Shown: one piece after another, positions 21,956 through 28,435 of the stretch
Position numbering within the stretch: position 1 is the stretch's first letter
How the letters are laid out: each line of letters opens with the position of its first letter
Assembly: GCA_963803435.1 (NCBI GenBank)
Contig: CAWDML010000009.1
Span: 1,568,001-1,632,000, forward strand
Direction: 5' to 3'
DNA from: an uncultured delta proteobacterium
GTDB lineage: Bacteria > Myxococcota > Kuafuiibacteriia > Kuafuiibacteriales > Kuafuiibacteriaceae
Length of the DNA: 64,000 nucleotides
Notes under the pieces: model-generated
What the model was told of the DNA's origin: nothing
Database searches by the model: none
Seen by the model: only the letters and a program-made list of their open reading frames with translations
Position numbers and translations under genes: made by a program

Positions 21956-22324
21956 TCATGCAGCCCGGCGTGCGTTCATCGACTTGATGAGGCGCGTGAG
22001 CAGCTCGACAACGCGCTTGAGCTTGGCTCTGGCGGCTTGGACCTTCTGCTCGTTGGCGAGTCGGCGCCTCGAGCAGGTGTGGAGTGAGGCGGCGCTTTCG
22101 GTGCCAGAGCGAAGTGCCATCCGGTAGAAGCGAGCCTTCTCAGGTGGATTGAACTCTCCGGCGCCCTCGGCGGTGTTGTTCACGATGGAATCGGATGCCC
22201 GCCGAAGCTGATCGCGGACGTGAGCGTGACCGGGTTGCAGTTCTTGTGCGATCTCTTCAGCGATGTCGGCCTACCCGACGGCGAGCTGGTAGGCCTCGAG
22301 CTTCTCGTGATCGAAAGTGACCAT
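21956..22324 (-). pseudogene. Four-helix-bundle protein (23S rRNA IVS protein/bAvd-like), premature TAG at codon 18
   Basis: MVTFDHEKLEAYQLAVG*ADIA...DQLRRASDSIVNNTAEGAG...KARFYRMALRSGTE; stop at 22271-22273. Confidence 0.85.
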
Positions 22325-22338
22325 GCAAGCTAGCTTGC
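22325..22338. promoter_or_regulatory. Perfect 14-bp palindrome abutting the four-helix-bundle start codon (copy A)
   Basis: GCAAGCTAGCTTGC, identical at 26107-26120; function inferred only. Confidence 0.5.
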
Positions 22339-22370
22339 GGTAGCTCGTCCACTTTGACCAGCAGAAGGTC

Positions 22371-23210
22371 TTGGAGGTCGTTTCGTCGGAACAGGATGCC
22401 GCCAGGGCTCGCGCGGAGAAATTGCGCAGGCAAGCCGAAGAGCAGCAGAGCAAAGCGGATGATGATCTTGTGGATCGGGTGGAGCAGAAGCGAGCGAGAA
22501 CTCGAGCCGAGAAGGCAAGAGCGCAGGCTGACCAGCTCGAACCATCCCCAGACCCAACTGAACGAAATGATGGATGGCCGCATCATCGCGTTCCTGCAAA
22601 TGTGGACGGCACACCGAGGCCCCACGCTCAGAGGAACTTCACCGACTCAGACAGCAGGATCATGTTGAAGGAGGGAGCGTACCTCCAGGCCTACAATGCC
22701 CAAGTTGTCGTAGATGAGCACGCTCAGGTGATTGTCGCCGAAGGGGTCAGCAACCAGGCACCTGATCAGCAACACCTCGTCCCGATGCTCCGTGATGTGT
22801 TCGGCAACTGCGGCGATGCTCCGCGGAAGATGACGGCAGACAACGGCTATCTGAGCGCGACCAACATCGAATTCTGCGACAACAATCAGATCGATGCCCA
22901 CATCGCTGTTGGACGCGAACAGAACCAAGACGCGTCGACTCCGTCCTCATCAGCTTCGGAGCCCACACCTGCCTCGCTCGCTCGCAAGCGAATGCGAGAC
23001 AAGTTGCAAACGCGCGACGGCAAGGCGGTCTACGCCCGCAGGAAGAGTATCGTCGAACCGGCGCTCGGACAGATCAAAGCGGCACGAGGATTCCGCCGGT
23101 TCTCGCTCCGCTCCTTCTTCAAGGTACGAGCCGAGGGGACGCTCGTCTGCCTCACCCACAACCTGCTCAAGCTCTACCGATCGAAGCTCGCGACCGTCGC
23201 GAGCGTCTGA
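22371..23210 (+). pseudogene. IS1182-family transposase, C-terminal fragment
   Basis: NFTDSDSRIM, QAYNAQVVVD, TADNGY, YARRKSIVEPALGQIK, GFRRFSLR, THNLLKL; N-terminal half absent. Confidence 0.9.
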
Positions 23211-23230
23211 CTCAAGGCAGCCATCTTCAG

Positions 23231-23302
23231 ATCGGGATCGGGACCCGGACCGGGACCGGGACCCGGACCGGGGTCGCGTGAGCGCTTACGCGCTACACGC
23301 TC
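23231..23302. repeat. Copy A transposase-side terminal inverted repeat with hexamer array
   Basis: ATCGGGATCGGGACCCGGACCGGGACCGGGACCCGGACCGGGGTCGCGTGAGCGCTTACGCGCTACACGCTC. Confidence 0.92.
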
Positions 23303-24517
23303 CTAGGACCCGTTGCGCGAGAGAACGCCGCCCACCTTCGGTTGGTTCGCCTGGAGCATCGCGGCCGCGAGCCGCCCGCGGATGCCCAGCAGGCCCTCGA
23401 CGTGGGAGGGACCGAAGCTGGTGTACAGGTAGGTGAACCAGGCGGCCGCCACGACCAGGAGCACCGCCGCCAGGCGGCTCTTGAGACACGGATTGCCGAG
23501 CCGTTTTCGCTGCCAGGCGACCAGGAAGATCCCGATGAGCGGGAGCAGCATCGCGAGGATCATGTCGCGCGTCATGCAGAAGTACCGAATCGACAGCTCT
23601 TGCTGGACCAGCGGAAGAACCTCGGAGTCGAGCTTGGCCAGCTGCTCGCCGAGCGTCGGTGGGGCGCAGCGGCCGTCGCAGGGCGACAGCTCGAGGTCGG
23701 CGAGGACGCCGGGGTGGTCGGAGAGCGGGATGGTGGTTCCGCCAAGGTCGACCGGCTCGGTGAGGACGCGTCGGACCGAGACGACGTCCGCCCGGATCGA
23801 GTCGCCGTCGCGGAAGAGGATCTGATCGATGTTCGCCTCGGGATCGGTCGGGACGAGATCTGCGCGGGCTCGAAGCAACCGGGCAGGGAGGCCGTCGTGC
23901 GGCGAATTGATGTCGCCGGCGAAGATCAGCGGATCATCGCGATCGTCGAGCTGATCCGCCGCTTCCAGCGCCTGGCTCATCTGGACGAACAGATAGTCCT
24001 GGCAGTGATACGTGGCCTGTAGATGCGTGGCGCCGAAGCCGACCGTCCCCATCGGCGTATCGATCTTCACCTGGGCCACGCCTTTGCCCGACATGTAATC
24101 GACGTGCCAGAGCAGGTGCGGCCGGCGTCCCTGCGAGTAGCGCTTGAACCGAAAGTCGTGCAGCGGGTAGCGCGAGGCGATCAGCAGGCCGTTCTGCTCG
24201 GGCCAGGCGGGCGAGTGGCGCTCGATGTATGTCAACCCAGCTTGCACGAGGCCATCGGCGAGCGTCTTGGCGTCCTCTTCCTCCCAGACCTCCTCGAGCG
24301 CCACCACGTCGGGCTCGAGCGCAGCGATCGCGGACGGGATGCGCGCCATCCGCTCCGACCGAAGGGGTGTAATCACGGGTACGCCCCAGACGTTGTACGT
24401 CAAGACGCGCAGGCGGAGCCGATCGCCGTCGGCGGCCGAGGCCCGGGTTGCGGGGAAGATCGCAAGCAGCGCAGTGAGGCTCAGAATCCTTCGGAGCATC
24501 GTCGTCGAGATCTTCAT
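23303..24517 (-). CDS. Exported endonuclease/exonuclease/phosphatase (EEP, neutral-sphingomyelinase-like) with two C-terminal TM helices
   Basis: VLTYNVWG, VALEEVW, GLLIASRYP, ATHLQA, FAGDIN, IDQILF, LSDHPG; signal peptide. Confidence 0.85.
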   Translation of the reverse strand: MKISTTMLRRILSLTALLAIFPATRASAADGDRLRLRVLTYNVWGVPVITPLRSERMARIPSAIAALEPDVVALEEVWEEEDAKTLADGLVQAGLTYIERHSPAWPEQNGLLIASRYPLHDFRFKRYSQGRRPHLLWHVDYMSGKGVAQVKIDTPMGTVGFGATHLQATYHCQDYLFVQMSQALEAADQLDDRDDPLIFAGDINSPHDGLPARLLRARADLVPTDPEANIDQILFRDGDSIRADVVSVRRVLTEPVDLGGTTIPLSDHPGVLADLELSPCDGRCAPPTLGEQLAKLDSEVLPLVQQELSIRYFCMTRDMILAMLLPLIGIFLVAWQRKRLGNPCLKSRLAAVLLVVAAAWFTYLYTSFGPSHVEGLLGIRGRLAAAMLQANQPKVGGVLSRNGS

Positions 24518-24620
24518 CGTGAACGAAGTGGGAGCCCGTGTGCAAACCCACACGGCCCTTCATCGGGTCGACGCTTCGATTCGGATCGCCACGTTGGTTG
24601 AGATTGAGTATGGCATCGCG

Positions 24621-25565
24621 GTGCTCCCGCTGGTCCTGGCTGCGCTCACCGCCACCGCGGCGCCGGCCGGACGGGTGGTCCTGATCAGCATCGACGGGCT
24701 CCGCGCTGACGCCATCGAACGCCTGGGCGCCGCCCGAACGCCGGCCCTCCACCGGTTGCTCCGCGAGGGCGCGGCCACCCTCAACGCGCGGAGCGATCCG
24801 ACCTGGACGTACACCATGCCGAATCACGTGTGCATGGTGACCGGCCGGCTCGCCGCCGGCGCGGACGGCCACGGGTACCAGGAGAACACCTTCGAAGGCA
24901 TATCGATCCACCAGGCGAAGCACCGCTATGTGGCGAGTGTGTTCGACGTCGTCCACGACGGCGGCTATCGGACGGCGATGGTCTCCTCCAAGCCGAAGTT
25001 CGCGCTCTTCAGCACCTCCTACGCGAAGAAGATCGATCAGGCCACGATCACGGAGTACGACGACGCGCGCTCGATCGAGGCGGCGCTCTCGCTCCTGGGC
25101 ATCACCACGCCACCTCGGTTCATCTTTCTCCACCTGGCGGGCACTGACCTGGTCGGGCACAGCGATGGCTTCGACGTCTCGAAGGGCTCGAGGTACCTCG
25201 ACGAGGTCGAGCGCCAGGACGGCTGGGTCGGACGGATCCTTTTCGCGATCGGTGCCCGCGGTTCGCTGACCGAGACCACCGCGATCATCCTGACGTCGGA
25301 TCACGGCGGGGATGGGCCGAGCCACGGCGACCCCGATCGGTTGCTCGACTATCGCGTGCCGCTCCTCGTCTGGGGCGCCGGGGCGAAGGCGGGCGCCGAC
25401 CTGTACGCCCTGAACCCGGAGCGCGCCGATCCGGGCGACGAGAAGGCGGGCGCGCGGCCGCCGATCCGAAACTGCGATGCGGGCAACCTGGCGCTCTCGC
25501 TCCTCCACCTCCCCCCGATCCCGGGCTCGATGATCGACGCGTCGCAGGATCTGAGCTGGCGCTAG
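24621..25565 (+). CDS. Alkaline-phosphatase-superfamily phosphodiesterase/nucleotide pyrophosphatase (start uncertain)
   Basis: LISIDGLR, TYTMPNHVCMVTG, HLAGTDLVGH, ILTSDHGG, SHG. Confidence 0.85.
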   Translation: MLPLVLAALTATAAPAGRVVLISIDGLRADAIERLGAARTPALHRLLREGAATLNARSDPTWTYTMPNHVCMVTGRLAAGADGHGYQENTFEGISIHQAKHRYVASVFDVVHDGGYRTAMVSSKPKFALFSTSYAKKIDQATITEYDDARSIEAALSLLGITTPPRFIFLHLAGTDLVGHSDGFDVSKGSRYLDEVERQDGWVGRILFAIGARGSLTETTAIILTSDHGGDGPSHGDPDRLLDYRVPLLVWGAGAKAGADLYALNPERADPGDEKAGARPPIRNCDAGNLALSLLHLPPIPGSMIDASQDLSWR

Positions 25566-25631
25566 GAGCGTGTAGCGCGTAAGCGCTCACGCGACCCCGG
25601 TCCGGGTCCCGGTCCCGGTCCGGGTCCCGAT
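25566..25631. repeat. Copy B transposase-side terminal inverted repeat with hexamer array
   Basis: GAGCGTGTAGCGCGTAAGCGCTCACGCGACCCCGGTCCGGGTCCCGGTCCCGGTCCGGGTCCCGAT. Confidence 0.92.
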
Positions 25632-25651
25632 CTGAAGATGGCTGCCTTGAG

Positions 25652-26002
25652 TCAGACGCTCACGACGGTCGCGAGCTTCGATCGGTAGGTGAAGTGGGGA
25701 TGACTTTCTCCAGCCAGCACCCGGAATGGAATGTCTTCGTAGGTCGCCCGCGCGATCCTCCGCGACGAATAGATGCCGGTGCAGTAGGCGTACAGAAGCA
25801 GCGCGATCATCATTCGAGGCGAGTACGGTCGCTCGCCTCGCGGGTCCTTGGACTGGATCGAGATCTCGATCGCGCTCAGCTCTACCCCATCGACGACGTC
25901 CAAGACGAAGTACGCGAGATGATTTTCTGGGAGCCACTCGAGAGGGGACGGCGGGAGCAAGAACGATTGTCTCGGAGTCCAAGAACGGTATTGCTTCGCC
26001 AC
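25652..26002 (-). pseudogene. IS1182-family transposase N-terminal (DUF772-like) fragment fused in frame to the last 11 codons
   Basis: QSFLLPPSPLEWLPENHLAYFV, GERPYSPRMMIALLLYAYCTGIYSSRRIA, HPHFT joined to YRSKLATVVSV, matching the end of the copy A ORF. Confidence 0.9.
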
Positions 26003-26120
26003 GAAACCATGGGATCAAGTCCAGGCGTCGGAGTCGATCCGCCCAACGATCGATTCCAGACGAAACGACCTCCAAGAACTTCGCTGGTCAAAGTGGACGA
26101 GCTACCGCAAGCTAGCTTGC

Positions 26121-26490
26121 AGGGTCACTTTCGATCACGAGAAGCTCGAGGTCTACCAGCTCGCCGTCGAGTATGCCGACATCGCTGAAGAGATCGCACA
26201 AGAACTGCAACCCGGTCACGCTCACGTCCGCGATCAGCTTCGGCGGGCATCCGATTCCATCGTGAACAACACCGCCGAGGGCGCCGGAGAGTTCAATCCA
26301 CCTGAGAAGGCTCGCTTCTACCGGATGGCACTTCGCTCTGGCACCGAAAGCGCCGCCTCACTCCACACCTGCTCGAGGCGCCGACTCGCCAACGAGCAGA
26401 AGGTCCAAGCCGCCAGAGCCAAGCTCAAGCGCGTTGTCGAGATGCTCACGCGACTTGATGAGGCCGATGAACGCACGCCGGGCTGCATGA
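26121..26490 (+). pseudogene. Four-helix-bundle gene copy B: ATG mutated to AGG, micro-inversion plus frameshift near the 3' end
   Basis: Near-identical reverse complement of 21956-22324. Confidence 0.85.
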
Positions 26491-26495
26491 TCGCC

Positions 26496-26560
26496 ATCGG
26501 GACCGGGACCCGGACCGGGACCCGGACCGGGCTCGCGGTAGCGCTACGCGCTACACGCTC
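26496..26560. repeat. Copy B passenger-side terminal inverted repeat with hexamer array
   Basis: ATCGGGACCGGGACCCGGACCGGGACCCGGACCGGGCTCGCGGTAGCGCTACGCGCTACACGCTC. Confidence 0.92.
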
Positions 26561-26793
26561 CTAGTGCGCCTCGCCCGGCTTGCACCGCTCCTGCTCGCCG
26601 GCTGCGTGCGCTACTCGCTACCGCCACGCCCGGTTCGACGGCGTCGTCCCCTACCACCAGGGAGCGGCGGGCCGCCCACGACGCGTCACGCTGTTCTCGG
26701 GCCATCGCAGTCCTCTATCTCCCCTGGCTGCTCGATCTCACCACCGAGCACTTCCGACAGCGGCTCTGCTTCCGCGAATGACCGAAATGATCG

Positions 26794-27231
26794 ATGCTCG
26801 CCCGCGTGTCGACCGTTCGTGAGGCCGGCTCGGAGGAGCTGGCAACCTGCCTTGCAATTCGACGTGAGGTCTTCATCGAGGGCCAGGCCGTGCCCGAGGC
26901 CGACGACGTCGACGGCCTCGATCCCCACTGCACGCACTGGCTCGCCCTCGTCGACGGCGCGCCCGCAGGCACCGCACGCCTCCGCATCACCCCGCAAGGC
27001 TACGCCAAGATCGAGCGCGTCGCGGTGCTCGAGCGCTTCCGCGGTCGCGGGCTCGGGGACGCCTTGATGGACGCGATCGAGGCGGCGCTTCGGGGGCGCG
27101 GATATCGAGAGGCGCTCCTCGGCGCCCAGCTCCAGGCGGTCCCGTTCTACGAGAAGCGGGGCTTCATCGCCGAGGGCCCCGTGTTCCTGGACGCCGGCAT
27201 CCCGCACAAGAAGATGAGAAAGGCGCTGTGA
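26794..27231 (+). CDS. GNAT N-acetyltransferase (ElaA-like)
   Basis: IRREVFIEGQ, KIERVAVL, RGRGLG, FYEKRGF, DAGIPH. Confidence 0.9.
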   Translation: MLARVSTVREAGSEELATCLAIRREVFIEGQAVPEADDVDGLDPHCTHWLALVDGAPAGTARLRITPQGYAKIERVAVLERFRGRGLGDALMDAIEAALRGRGYREALLGAQLQAVPFYEKRGFIAEGPVFLDAGIPHKKMRKAL

Positions 27232-27704
27232 AGACCAACGCCGCCCGCATCCTGGAGCGGCTCGGGGTCGAGTTCCAGGTGGTCGAGTATCCCGTCGATC
27301 TCGAGGATCTCTCCGCCGAGACCACCGCGAGGAAGCTGGGGATGGAGCCCGAGAGCGTCTTCAAGACGCTGGTGGTGCGCGGCGAGAAGCGAGGCGTGAT
27401 GCTCGCCGTGATCCCGGCTGGATTCCACCTCGACCTGAAGGCGCTCGCGCGCGTGGCGGGCGATCGTCGCGTGGAGCTGGTGTCGCTCGCCGAGGTCGAG
27501 CCGCTGACCGGGTACGTGCGCGGGGCCGTCACGGCGCTCGGGACCAAGAAGAAGTATCCTGTGTTCGCCGACGAGCTGATCGAGCTCTCCGATCAGATCG
27601 GTGTCTCCGCGGGTGCGCGCGGAGCCGAGCTGGTGCTGGCGCCCGTCGACTACCTGCGCGCCGTGGAGGCAACGGTGGGACCAATCAGCCGGCCCCACGC
27701 CTGA
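27228..27704 (+). CDS. ybaK: Cys-tRNA(Pro) deacylase
   Basis: KTNAARIL, VFKTLV, LDLKALA, TGYVRGAVTALG, VSAGARG. Confidence 0.92.
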   Translation: MKTNAARILERLGVEFQVVEYPVDLEDLSAETTARKLGMEPESVFKTLVVRGEKRGVMLAVIPAGFHLDLKALARVAGDRRVELVSLAEVEPLTGYVRGAVTALGTKKKYPVFADELIELSDQIGVSAGARGAELVLAPVDYLRAVEATVGPISRPHA

Positions 27705-27708
27705 GCGC

Positions 27709-28398
27709 TCAGAGGAAGCCGAAGTAGAGCGACATCGAGTAGGCGATCGGCACGGCCACCTCCACGGTATCGGCCGTGAACACCGTGCCCACGTCGAAGG
27801 CGCCGCCGATGCTGGTGAAGAACGAGACCGGGAGCGGATCCTCGGCGCCGAGGGAGAGGCCCGCGAAGATCATCCCGGGCGCGTTGGGAACGGGACGGAT
27901 CGGGTTCGCGCCCTGCGGCGCCGCCACGGTCCGGAGCCCGGTCAACCAGGCACCCTTGGGTCCGAAGAACATGGTCACCTTCGAGAGCTCGACCACGAAG
28001 TACGGGACGAACGACGCGCGCCAGTGGTTGCTCCAGTGCTCGTCCCGAACGTGGAGGTGGTAGAACTCGCCCTGGCCGTCGAGCACCAGCCGCCAACCCT
28101 GGGACAGGGAGATGTGCTGGCGCAGCTCGACAAAACCGCCCACGCCCGGGAGGTTCGCGGTGATCGGGATGGTGCCGACCGCACCCCCGGTGATGTCTGT
28201 GCCGTCGAAGGGCGCGACCCGCACCCAGGCGGCGACCTCGGGATCACCGATCGTGCCGGGGACGTTCACGTTCGTGCCGATCATGAAGTCGCCCTGGTTC
28301 ATCCGCTTGATCGGGCGGGCGGCGCTGAAGCAACCGGACGCTGAGACCGCGAGCGGCGCCAGGAGCGCGAGGAGGCAGGGCCGCACGTCGCGCATCAT
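27709..28398 (-). CDS. Hypothetical lipoprotein with beta-strand-rich, outer-membrane-like body
   Basis: Lipobox-like LLAPLAVSASGC; alternating hydrophobic strands; aromatic C-terminus YFGFL. Confidence 0.55.
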   Translation of the reverse strand: MMRDVRPCLLALLAPLAVSASGCFSAARPIKRMNQGDFMIGTNVNVPGTIGDPEVAAWVRVAPFDGTDITGGAVGTIPITANLPGVGGFVELRQHISLSQGWRLVLDGQGEFYHLHVRDEHWSNHWRASFVPYFVVELSKVTMFFGPKGAWLTGLRTVAAPQGANPIRPVPNAPGMIFAGLSLGAEDPLPVSFFTSIGGAFDVGTVFTADTVEVAVPIAYSMSLYFGFL

Positions 28399-28435
28399 AC
28401 AAGCCGGCCGCTGCGATCGGCGATGGTGATCGCGC

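Larger units (their letters stand above)
21886..23302 (+). mobile_element. IS1182-family element copy A (1417 bp, internally deleted) carrying a four-helix-bundle gene
   Basis: Inverted ends GAGCGTGTAGCGCGTA...TACGCGCTACACGCTC; flanks CTTG (21882-21885) and CTAG (23303-23306); transposase C-terminal half inside. Confidence 0.88.
25566..26560 (-). mobile_element. IS1182-family element copy B (995 bp, internally deleted), inverted relative to copy A
   Basis: Same inverted ends; CTAG on both flanks (25562-25565 and 26561-26564); transposase N-terminal fragment and four-helix-bundle gene inside. Confidence 0.88.

Noticed and set aside
21956-26490. Diversity-generating retroelement, suggested by Avd-like four-helix-bundle genes and near-identical repeats
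   Set aside because: No reverse transcriptase in the window, and the differences between copies (T/G, C/T, G/A, G/T, C/A) are not adenine-specific
21886-26560. CRISPR array or REP cluster
   Set aside because: The repeats are four inverted IS termini with hexamer runs, not direct repeats with spacers; no cas genes
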